Assembly (NCBI GenBank): GCA_030704615.1
Contig: CM060732.1
Span: 23,002,001-23,066,000, forward strand
Length of the DNA stretch: 64,000 nt
Source of the DNA: Takakia lepidozioides
Taxonomy: Eukaryota; Plantae; Bryophyta
Reading direction: 5' to 3'
The position numbers were made by a program, and so were the translations under genes. The number at the start of each line of letters is the position of its first letter. Positions within the stretch are counted from its first letter, which is position 1. A model generated the notes under the pieces. It did no database searches, had not been told where the DNA came from, and was given only the letters and a program-made list of their open reading frames with translations. Shown in pieces: positions 37,477 to 49,275 of this stretch.

Positions 37477-39227
37477 GTGCTAAACCCTCTTTGGGAGTCA
37501 TACTCAATTTCTCGATAACATCAAAGCTACAGTAATAACTTTTTCAGGCTGTCTTTCAGGAAAGGCAGTGGTGGATCTTCAGGAGGGGGGCTGCTATTTC
37601 ATGAGCCATGAGCCATGAGCGGCATGAGCCATGAGCAGAGTCGTAAGTGTGGAAAAAAACATGAGCAGCACTATTTTCCGGAAATGAGTGTCCGCGGGAA
37701 TAGGGTTTAGGGTGCCACGGTCATAGGGGGAGAAGGACCTCCCGATGAAGGAGGTTCGGCAATGTTATTTAGAATTATATATTGAAAGGCAATGTTTCGC
37801 GAATGGTAGGGTGGTACTGCTCTGTACAATGGGGGCCCATTTCAGCTTACCAGCCATTTGCAAAATCCACCCACACTCCCAATCCCAAACGAAATGAGCA
37901 ATGACGCATTCGCGGAACGATGGACACAGAATATAATAAAAAGAGGGCACAATGAGGTTTTTATTGATCCACATGAATTGCATTTGAAGCACGTCTACTG
38001 TGCTGATTGTGCCATCAAATCTTGAGCCCTGTGCCTACTGAATACAAGTCACGTTGTCAATGGGACTTCGACTGCTCTCAGAACTAGCTCATGAGTCATG
38101 GGGCTCCTCCATGTAAAGTCGATTGCAGCCGTTGTACCGCCCCTAGTGATGTTCACCACAATGTCCTGCCCTTCAATCATACCACCATCGAATATGGAAA
38201 TCTTCACGTTTTCGTCGTCCACACCAATGCGAATGTCCCCATACAATGGAGAAGAGGAGCGCACTCCTCGAGGAGAATAGGTCTCTCCGATGGAGTCCAC
38301 CCACGTCTAGTGGCAGCAGTTCCACCGCAACAGCATAGCAGTGCGCCTTCTTCTGCATGGGTGACCGTCGTAGCTGGGAAAATCGGAATCGAGGATGCGC
38401 AGGAGCCACGGACTCCTCAGACCAAGATCGTCACCCCGCTCGAAGGCGTAGTGGCCTACGATATACTCAAAAGCCACCAATGTTTCCACAATCGAACCAG
38501 TATCTTCTCTGTAATCTGTGTACCAGATAACAATGTCTCCCGATGTGGCCGAATACATTGCATAATCGATGCCTCCAAAGGGGCAGTCGTCCCGGTTCCG
38601 GAAGCACGGCATCCTTGCAAAGGAGGACCTGAGGACGACTTGGATGCCGATGACCTGGCGGACAGCTACGAAGCCCTTAGATTTTGGAAAAGATACGAAG
38701 CGGAAGAGCAGTCCGGCCTCCAAAATGGAGCATCTGGGTCACACGTACCCACCGACGGAGGTGGAACGTGTTCATCACGCCAGCGGTGGATTAACCCATA
38801 CATCTTTCTCATCAACAAGTTATAGTTTGAGATCTGCCACCGAAGTCCATCCCCCCGGATGGAAATTCGGCGCCGCATTTACATCGAAGAGGGGATGGAC
38901 TTCGTCGTGTCCAGTGGCTATCGGCCCACCTGGCAGTGAGTGCCCATAGTTTGCATGGCAGGGTAGGAAACTGAAACGGCTACATTCATGCAGCAGCCAA
39001 TCTTCATCGGTCCAGGATCCTGTACGGGGGAAATTTAAATGTGCCCTGGAGTGTGCCCTGGAATGTACCTCACTTCTGTATGACTGTGTTTCATTGTGTT
39101 GAATAACTCTCGGAATTGGCCCACTGTTTACAATTTGATGTCTCATTTCTACAATGTGTCTGTCCGGTTGAATAAAGCAGAGTAACCGGTATGTGAGTCA
39201 TGTGTCAAGAATATACCAGAGTAACGT

Positions 39228-40045
39228 CATGTCGGCATCGAAATGCGGCGCCGCATTTCCATGTCGGCATCGAAATGCAGCGCCGCATTTCCATGTCGGG
39301 ATCGAAATGCGGTGCCGCATTTCCATGTCCGCATCGAAATGCGGCACCGCATTTCCATGTCGGACATCGAAATGCGGCACCGCATTTCCATGTCGGACAT
39401 CGAAATTCGGCGCATTTCCATGTCGGACATCGAAATGCGGCACCGCATTTCCATGTGGGACAAGAAAATGCGGTGCATCATTTCCGTCCAGGTACACGAA
39501 ATACCAACACGGGTCTATAAATTGATCAGAAAACGAGGTTGGCATCTTCTTTTTGGACAAGGGAATGCGGTGCCGCATTTCCGTCCAACACTTCGAAAAG
39601 TGCACCTATTTCCGACCAGCGCGATGGAATGCGTTACCGCATTTCCGAGAGAGGGTCTGCAAATGGACAAATTGCGATGTCCGTTCTGGAAATGCGGCGC
39701 CGCATTTCCATGTCCGTCATCGACTTTTTTTTTACAATGGAATGCGGTGCCAATTTTTGCTGATGGGCCTGCAGTTCGAACAACGACCATCCCCAATATG
39801 GAAATGCGGCACCGCATTTTCAATCCCGCCATGTCGGCCTCCTTGTTCGACCTCCTTGTTCGACCTCTGTAAGCGTGGTGGCATCCATGCAATGAGGGGG
39901 AGAGGCCAAAACTGGCGTGTGGACAAAGGAAATTTTGGAAATGCGGCACCGCATTCCCAATTCAGATTACTTTTTACTATGCCAACATTGAAATGGAAAA
40001 ATTAGTCCCTCCCCTGTTTTGGAAATGCGGTGCCGCATTTCCAAA
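39228..40045. repeat. GAAATGCGG(C/T)(G/A)CCGCATTTC palindrome cluster
   Basis: About 8 tandem 30-33-bp units at 39228-39490, plus dispersed copies to ~40045. Confidence 0.92.
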
Positions 40046-40800
40046 AGAGGTTCTTAGAGTTGCCAAAATTTTGGAAATGCCCTGACCCATTTCTGATTTT
40101 GGGAGCGTCCTGGTTTGGGCGATTGTGTGGCTGGAATGCACACTGGAGAGGGGTCACGAATGTTGGGCAGAATTTTCTTTATATACTCTGGAAGAGAATT
40201 TACATTTACAGAGACTTCATTTAAATTCTATTAATCTTGAAAATCATCCGAATCGTCATCCTGTTCTAGACTGTCCTGCTCCTCCTCCACCCCCTCAGTG
40301 CCTCTCTCATCTCCAGCGGACTGCTCGTTGGCCAGGCTTTCGAAAATCCCATCTTCCCCTTGCGGAACTGTCCATCTCACCTCCGTTGGGTCGTCTTCCT
40401 CCCTGTCTGCGTCGCTCTCATCCGCTGAATCACATATGTACTTTCGTACCCGTCTACCTGTCTGAGCTGCTGCCAACTCTTTCCTTATCCTTCTGTCCTC
40501 CCTAGCCCTCTCCAAAATCTGCTCTACTTTACTGGGATTCTCACTTCTTCTAATCGCTGTATTTGCGAGTTTAGCTGCATAACTAGGAAGGGAGTAGTCC
40601 CTCACCGGGCTCGTCATGAAGTCGGCCCTCGCAAAGAACGGGACATTCTTCCTGGCAGGAAGTGTAGGCCCTACATGTTTCGACCCGGACCCTGCAATCC
40701 TGCACATGACAATCATCAACGAGACTAATGAGAACCACAGTCGGGAAATTCGTTTGACATAAATGACCCAGAAGGCTTTGCAAACTTACAATGTTTGCAT

Positions 40801-43800
40801 TCACTCGTATTCCGGGTTCTCCTCTGCATCAATGTCCACTGTGTCTTCCTCGGACTCCGACGAATCCGAGGAGACTTCCGCTCTGTCGGGAGCCTTCACA
40901 TTCCGTTGCAGCCCCTCCAGATGGGATCCCCACACGGATGAATCCTCCTCGTAGGCAAAGAGGTGCCGGTCGGAAAACCGCCCAGCCCACATTGAGGCAC
41001 CTGTTACAATGCCATCCACACATTACCACATGGCGCTTCAGATGTTGCGAACTACATCCTAACGAGAATTTGCAGAACAGCAGAGATCAAGATTCTGCAT
41101 ACCTGTCCCACAGATGAGGTCCAGCACTGTGCCCTCCACGTCTGTGCATGTCTCCATAATTGTCTGAATGAAGGCAGGGCTCCGAGTCCGTGAGTACCGC
41201 GGGGGTTCCGTTGAAGTGAGGCTATGAGGGAGAAGTTCCTTGGGAACGTTGTTGAACAGAACGTCGTAATCGAGTGGGTCGCAGTTGGGGTCAACCTTTC
41301 CTCCCTCCTTCCGGAAAGCAAAGGTGGAGTTTTCCTTCACAAAGCAGTATGCATCGAACTGCTTCGTCTGCATACACAGGGGGAAAACGATTAGAAACCG
41401 AATGCGGCACCGCATTTGAAAGCACCCAAGCAAATGAATGGACGAGTGCCAGTGTCGTAATCACCTTCTTCCCTTCCGACCGAAGGCCCAGTGTGTTGAT
41501 GCACAGTCCACTTCTTTTTCAGAATCGGGACGGCGCTCTTGCGGGTCCACTTCGCAATTCCTGTCTGAGTATTTTTTCCTCTGCTCGCCAGGACAACCAC
41601 ACAGCCTCTGTCGTCCAACACCATGCGGGCAAGCCCGAATCCTTTCTTCCAAAAGTCCTCCGAGTACCTGTTCCAAGATGGCAAAGCTTGCAGTCCTTCC
41701 ACAGGCTCTCCGTCCGGAATATCCAAGATGATCATATCGCAAGACCACTCGGTGGCATTTCCGCCCCTCCTACAATCCTTGTCTGCACACACCCTCTCAA
41801 AGAACGAGACCATATTCTGAAATCCTGGGGTGTCGGAAGGCTCTTCGGCAGTCGCCTTCTTCAGTGCTCTGCCCTTCAGACCCTCCATGGTCTTCATGTA
41901 TGCCAACTTGGCTGCCCGTCCATCCAAAGCCGCCAAGAAACTCTCATTTACACACTGGACTACTGTTTCGGGAGCCACTTTCGGCCTCTTCATTTCCACC
42001 GGCTCGAAAGGGTGCCCCCCTGGGGGGTTGAAGAGTGCCTTCTTTGCCGAGCCAGTTCTCGTGCCTCTCGTGACAACGGTGGGCACAGGGGAGGCAGCCT
42101 GCGTTTGGGGGGTGGGCTGGTTGCAAAGTCTCCATCGGAGTCCTCTTCCTCACCCTCTTCCTGAACAGGCTGTTTCTGCTTCTTCGTTTTGGCGGGTGTC
42201 ACAACAGCTGCTCCTTGCTGGCGAGTCCTCTTCTTCGACCCCTTCTGTTGGGCCTGCACAGCTGCATCCACCGTCTTTTGTGCCATCTCAGCTGCCTTTC
42301 TGGATTCTTCCAGAGCAGCAGATTCCTTTGCCGACTTTGGCCCAGCAGGGACACGTCTTTCCTTTCTCTTCTCTTCTGCCAAGGCGTGCAGATCTTTCTC
42401 AGACTCGTCAACAATACCGCCAGACATGTCCAGGTACCACGGGCATCCAACGAGATGCGCGGGATGCCATTGTTTCTGCATCTCGGGTGTGTAGACACAG
42501 CTTGGGCCCGCCACGGTCCAAGCCATGAAGAACGGGGGCTCTTGAGCCAGGGCCCCTGTCTGAAGGAGCACGTATTTCATATACCTGCAAGGCAGTCAGC
42601 ATGCGTGAGCAAAAGTTGAGACCAACCTACTGGCAGAGTGCCACCAAAAACATAAAATGCGAATGCGGTGCCGCATTTCCGAGACAAACCTCGTAACCAG
42701 GCTTTGCATACAAGGGCAGCTGTGCTTCACCTGTAAACAATTCGCATTGCAGCTTTCCCCGCTCCCTCCTGATGTGTAAACTCCACGCTCCTTCTTGCGG
42801 TCTGTAGCTCAGGACTTGAAAGGAAGACATCGCGTATGTACCTGTACAGAAGGCGCATTGCTGCTTTGTCCGCGTTCGGCTGGTCGGTGAACTCGTGGCT
42901 CCGGCGGGCATGGGGTATCTCCCGAAAGAATAGGTCGGTTTTGTAGAGCAGAAAGTACCTCGTCACATAGTCGCGTAGGCTCTCTGCTGCAGGAAAAATC
43001 TCCATCTTGAACTGATGTGCTTGTGTGTCCAGCTGCTCTTGCGCATTCGTCGTCACCTGTGGAGATTCTCCATCAGATCGCTTTCCTCAAAAAATACAAT
43101 GAATCCACCCCCTACAAGAGTAGAAGCGCCAAACGAAGCGTGGGGAAGTACCTAAAACCACCATGTCATGCGGTTCATCCACATGTCGAATGTGGGGTCA
43201 GACAGTTTGTCCGGTTTGGGGAAGCTCCACATGTCCCTTGTACTTTGGGAACCATTCCAGATTTGGAGCCACCGGGTCTGTCCAACCACCCAGCATATTC
43301 GTAAGCGCCAAACACCACAAAAACGAGTTGTTGCCACCACAATTTGGTTAAGAATGTATCACCTTTTCTGTTGCATCCACACAGGATGTGGCTAGACGAT
43401 GGAGCTTCTCCAATGTCATCGTGGGCCTCAGAGCGCGGGAGTAGTGCTTCCCCACCTCCACCAGAAAGTCGGCACCAAGGGCGGGATCAGCTATGGCCAC
43501 GTACTTTACCATCCGCGACTTGTACTTTATGCGGGCCCTGGCCTCCGCAACTTTGAGATACGATTCGAGTGCCGGGAGGGTTAGATTCTTCTCCTCTGAC
43601 TCCATGTAGAACCTCTGCGCATGTGCCAAATCCTGCTGAATTTTCGTTTGTCAAGAATGCGCACATAAGATTAGAGATCCTGCTCAACACTTTTTCTTCT
43701 ATTGGGGGAGGAGAGACACATTAGCTCAACAAAACAGTGAGGAGCTTTACCCGAAATATGTAGTCCACCATGGCGTCCATGCTCAGCCTATACCAGGTTC

Positions 43801-45477
43801 TGTCTGCCTTTGCCTCTGACTTGCGCAGGAGGTCGGCACTGAGCGAATTGGCAAACTCTTGCACCCCCTCCTTCCCGACATCCTTCACTCGGAAGAGCAT
43901 ATGGGACAAGTTGGTGGCAATGAAGGCATTCTCAGTCACCCTGCAATGCCACATTTCCATCAAACAATACTGAAATGGGAATTTTCAACAAATATGAGGA
44001 TTCGCAATGAAATGACTTACAATCGGATGGGTCCAAAAGCAAGAGGCGTTGTAACTTACGAGTTGATGTCCGCCATTGCAGCTTTGAGAAGACTGCGATC
44101 TTTGGGCCCCGCAACCTTCAGCACAACACACTCCACGGCGAAATGCCAATCGAGGTCGTTGGGGTGGGCTTCGGCTATGTGCTCCATCCATGCCAGGAGG
44201 CGATGATTGCCGTCCCACACGTAAAACATCTTACCGGACAAGTGCTGGAAAAGAGGATCAGTAGCAATCGTTCTCTCGAACTCCTCATTTCGCCTTTGCC
44301 AATGGGGACCCCATTTGTCCACCTCATCGGAAGTGTGGGCACGGGAAGCTCCGTGGTCGTTCTCAATGGAAACGTAAAACGCGGCAGACCCCATTCGATA
44401 TCCATCCCGGAAAGAGAATTTCAGCTTGTCGATATCGCATGGGAGGGCAGGTCTCACCACCTGCAATGACACCAAGCGGCAAAGGGGAATCCGAAGCTTG
44501 GCCGGGTACACCATGCCCCCCAGCACCTTGCCAATGTTGCTGTGGGTTGCCTCCAACATCTTGGCAGCGGCCAACTTTATATCCGCCTCCGACATGACGT
44601 CTGCTGCAGAGGGGTTCTCCGGCAGCCCACCAGGACCGCCAAATCCAGCCTGTATGCTGCGGGTTTGGGGCCTGGGGATGTCCGGGAGGATGTCATCCTG
44701 GTCAGAAAGCTCCCTGTCGTCCTCCTCAACATGGTCAGCCACCGGCGAAACCACCTCGAGCACTCTCCCCGTCTGTACTGCCCTCTCCCCGGCTTCACCT
44801 CGAACTGGCACAATCCGTGCTCTTTCTGGTGTTCTTTCCTCTCCTCCACTCTCCACCGTATGGGTAATTGCAGGGGCTGCTCTTGCCCGCGATGGTCTAA
44901 TCGGTGTGTTACTGCCTCTTTGTGGTGTCTTGGAGGGATCCACCGTCTCTGTGCGTCCCTCGCTTACATTGGCATCTGTCATTTGGGCACCCCTGGCCTC
45001 TTCAGTGGCCTTTTCTCTTTCCTCCTTGCTAGCATTTTGTCTCGCTTGTTCTTTTGCCCTCTCTTTTGCCCTCTCATGGGCTTTCTGTTTCTTACTAGGG
45101 CTAGCAGCAAGGGAGCCCTCCAGGACGACCACCTTTGATTGAGGCGAACTGACACCCTCGCGCGCACTGCTCACTCCCCCCTCCGCAGCCCGTGACGGCT
45201 CTCTCGCCGGGGATTGCATGTGCTTAGCTTTCTTCTTCTTCTTTGCGTGGGCGGGCCCTACTGCATGTGCATCAACAACCTCCATTGCCGGATCTGCTGT
45301 CCTCACGTCCTCACGCCCTTCACCTGCCATGCCGCCTGCACCAACCTGCCCAATGCCTATTCTGTCGTACTCTCGCTGCAGGTCCTCCCGTCTACCAACA
45401 AAAGGTTTAAGTTTGCCCTCTCGCCCCAAGTTGGGTGATTCAAACATGCGATGAGTTGGAGCTGTCGATGATACCAC
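40801..45477 (-). pseudogene. ParB-MTase family gene copy 3 (divergent; premature TAG near 43153 and a frameshift near 42050)
   Basis: LRIPLCRLVSL..VRP, FYVWDGNHRLLAW, RWLQIWNG, CDMIILDIPD, RSPAFIQTIMETCT...VLDLICGTG|ASMWAG...RHLFAYE. Most intron positions are shared with copy 1. Confidence 0.8.
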
Positions 45478-46458
45478 CAGCGTGCCGGGCTCGTCGTCAC
45501 TCTGTCATTCCCAAAAATCGTGAGAACCAACATCGGCGCCAAAACCAGCATCGCAACGAGCAACGCAACCACCATAGCAACAATCGTGGAACAACAATGA
45601 AAACAAAACAAGTTTAGGAAGTATGGAGTGCCATGGAACAACAATGAAAACAAATCCAACCAATGCCTAAGAATGACATGCACAAAACAGCCTTCTCCAG
45701 AGCTGCCGGCTTTGCACACGCATTGCAAACTATGTAAGGTTCACTCAACCGGTAATATGAAACACGATGAACAAATGATCAGGAATTCCATAAGACGGGA
45801 AAACAGGGTGAAATGTTTTGAAGGCACTTCATCTGCTCAGACATTCTTCTCAGCTCAGCATGGATTTCCTTAATTTTTAACCACTCAGACCTTGATCATT
45901 CTTCGCAATAGCTCCTGCTTTTGCGATGCAACCATACGCTTCCAGCGATGCCAGGATGAAGATGCGAAAACAAAGCGAAACAACAAAGCGAAAGCAGAAG
46001 TGGCTTGCCTGAGAGTACTCGGCTTCAGTTGGCGCGGGTTGTGAGCAAGACACTGGAATCTCCTACTGGAGCTTAAGTTTGGCCATGCGAGAGATTGGCC
46101 GTCGTCCAAAGTACAAAGCTCTCAACTTCCGCCGCGGTCTGGATGTGGGGTCTCTCTCAGGAGACCCACGCCCTTCAGGCGGCATAAGTCCCAGCCAAAA
46201 AGAAAAAAGATCTCAGTTTTTTGGGGTACATGCCTCGAATAGAAGTTAATCCAAGTTTAGCATCAGATTTAGGGTATGTATCGAGGAAGCAACCGCGGAA
46301 TCCCTGTATCGCCAGCCCGAATCAAAACGGACGGCGGTGGACATTTAATGCCGAACTACGCAATTAAATGTCGGATGAAGCCCTCTATGTCGGATGAAAT
46401 ATGACGCAACTCGGCCCCGAATTTCCAACGTAGAGGTTAATTCGGAGCGCGGATAAAT

Positions 46459-47760
46459 GGAAATCCGGCGCCGGATTTCCATCCGCCAGGTAGGGCGGCG
46501 CGCAAATTTTTTGTCACGCAGGTAATTCTGCGCGCGGATGGATGGAAATCCCGACGCCGGATTTCCATCCGCTACGTAGGGCGGCGCGCGAAATTTCCGT
46601 CACGCAGGTAATTATGCGCGCGGATGGATGGAAATCCGGCGCCGGATTTCCATCCGCCAGGTAGGGCGGCGCGCCAAATTTTCGTCATGCTGGTAATTCG
46701 GAGCCGGATGGATGGAAATCCGGCGCCGGATTTCCATCCGCCAGGTAGGGCGGCGCGCGAAATTTCCGTCACGCAGGTAATTTTGCGCGCGGATGGATGG
46801 AAATCCGGCGCCGGATTTCCATCCGCCAGGTAGGGCGGCGCGCCAAATTTTCGTCATGCTGGTAATTCGGAGCCGGATGGATGGAAATCCGGCGCCGGAT
46901 TTCCATCCGCCAGGTAGGGCGGTGCGCGAAATTTCCGTCACGTAGGTAATTCTGCGCGCGGATGGATGGAAATCCGGCGCCGGATTTCCATCCGCCAGGT
47001 AGGGCGGCGCACCAAATTTTCGTCATTCTGGTAATTCAGGGCCGGATGGATGGAAATCCGGCGCCGGATTTCCATTCGCTAGGTAGGACGGTGCGCGAAA
47101 TTTCCGTCACGCAGGTAATTCTGCGCACGGATGGATGGAAATCAGGCGCCGGATTTCCATCCGCCAGGTAGGGCGGCACGCATCATGCAGGTAATTCTGC
47201 GTGCGGATGGATGGAAATCCGGCGCCGGATTTTCATCCGCCAGGTAGGGCGGCGCGCCAAATTTTCGTCAGGCTGGTAATTCGGAGCCGGATGGATGGAA
47301 ATCCGGTGCTGGATTTCCATCCGCCAGGTACGTCGGCGCGCGAAATTTGTGTCACGCAGGTAATTCTACGCGCGGATGGATGGAAATCCGTGCCGGATTT
47401 CCATCCGCCAGGTAGGGCGGCGCACCAAATTTTCGTCATGCTGGTAATTCAGGGCCGGATTTCCATCCGCCAGGTAGGGCGGCGCGCGAAATTTCCGTCA
47501 CGCAGGTAATTCTGCGCGCGGATGGATGGAAATCCGGCGCCGGATTTCCATCCGCCAGGTAGGGCGGCGCGCCAAATTTTCGTCATGCAGGTAATTTGGA
47601 GCGCCGCAGGATGGAAATTCGGCGCTGAATTTCAATCCTGCAGGTAATTTCAAGCGCCGAATTTCCGTCATGCAGGTAATTCGAAGCCCGGATGGATGGA
47701 AATTCGGCGCCGAATTTCCATCCGCCAGGTAAGTCTAAGCGCCGAATTACCATCCTGCAG
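46459..47760. repeat. Tandem array of ~79-bp units (157-bp dimer) containing the perfect 30-bp palindrome GGATGGAAATCCGGCGCCGGATTTCCATCC
   Basis: Directly visible; ORF-track offset of 157 bp. Confidence 0.95.
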
Positions 47761-47879
47761 GTAATTCTGAGAGTGGCCGCTTGGTTTTTCGGAGAAAAAC
47801 ACAGTAAACTGTTAGTTTTGTGGCTGAAGTCCACTTTTAGACACGTTTTTCATGGACTCCTCGACTGCTAAAGGGAAAT

Positions 47880-49030
47880 CGGAACGGCCCCGGACGGAAA
47901 TTCGGCGCCGTTTTTCCATCCTGGGAGGTTTTTAAATTGTCCAGTTTTCGGCCTCACCACCCGACCGGACTTCCATTGATGGGGCCCGGATGGAAATTCG
48001 GCGCCGAATTTCCATCCGGGGGATGCTCTCTGTCGGACAGGTGCCATCCTCTCCGCCCGAGGCGACTTCATCCGGGCGTCCCCTGTTGGATATTCGGTGC
48101 CGAATTTCCGTCCGGGGGTTGAAATGTGACGGGTGCCGGCCTCTCCCCCCTCCCCGATTGCATCCGAACGGCCCCGGATGGAAATTCGGCGCCGTTTTTC
48201 CATCCGGGGAGGTTTTTATGTCAACCAGTTTTCGGCCTGACCCCCCGACACGACTTCCTTTGGGGGGGCCCGGATGGAAATTCGGCGCCGAATCTCCATC
48301 CAGGGGATGCTCTCTGTCGGACACGTGCCGGCCTCTCCGCCCGAGGCGACTTCATCCGGGCGTCCCCTGTTGGATATTCGGTGCCGAATTTCCGTCCGGG
48401 GGTTGAAATGTGACGGCCAGGTGCCGGCCTCTCCCCCCTCCCTGACTGCATCGGAACGGCCTTGGATGGAAATTCGGCGCCGTTTTCCCATCCGGGGAGG
48501 TTTTTATGTCGACCAGTTTTCGGCCTGACCCCCCGACACGACTTCCTTTGGGGGGGCCCGGATGGAAATTCGGTGCCGAATCTCCATCCTGGGGATGCTC
48601 TCTGTCGGACACGTGCCGGCCTCTCCGCCCGAGGCGACTTCATCCGGGCGTCCCCTGTTGGATATTCGGTGCCGAATTTCCGTCCGGGGGTTGAAATGTG
48701 ACGGCCAGGTGCGTGCCTCTCCCCCCTCCCCGACTGCCTCCGAACGGCCCCGGATGGAAATTCGGCGCCGTTTTTCCATCCGGGGAGGTTTTTATGTCGA
48801 CCAGTTTTCGGCATGACCCCCCGACACGACTTCCTTTGGGGGGATCCGGATGGAAATTCGGCGCTGAATTTCCATCCGGGGGATGCTCTCTGTCGGACAG
48901 GCTTCGGCCTCTCTGCCCGAGGCGACTTCATCCGTGCGGCCCCGGTTGGATATTCGGTGCCGAATTACCATTCAGGGGTAGTAATGTGACGACACGGTGC
49001 CGGCTTCTCCCCTTCAGCCGACATCATCCG
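47880..49030. repeat. About 4 x 288-bp tandem units, each with three GGAAATTCGGCGCCGAATTTCC-type palindromes
   Basis: Directly visible; ORF-track offset of 288 bp (48216/48504, 48274/48562). Confidence 0.93.
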
Positions 49031-49275
49031 GACGGCCCCCCACTTTCTGACTGCATACTGTTGGCAGTTATTGCGCAAAGACCAGGGGCTGCATTCCGGA
49101 GACAAGGTTCATTAACACTCTGACTGTGGATTTTTGAGATAGTTGGCTCCCTGGATTTGGATCAGGCTTCGTCGCTCGGACAAATCGGCACCGCATTCCT
49201 TCCCATTGTTGCATCCCCCTTCTACCAGGGAGCTTGTCCGCACGCCATCCTGGCAGTCTTGTGTGCACATCTCCC

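Noticed and set aside
37701-37712. TAGGGTTTAGGG telomere-like motif
   Set aside because: Under two repeat units, which is insufficient for an interstitial telomere call.
39193-49123. Repetitive ORFs such as MEIRRRISI / KCGAAFPC
   Set aside because: They are translations of the palindromic repeat units in multiple frames.
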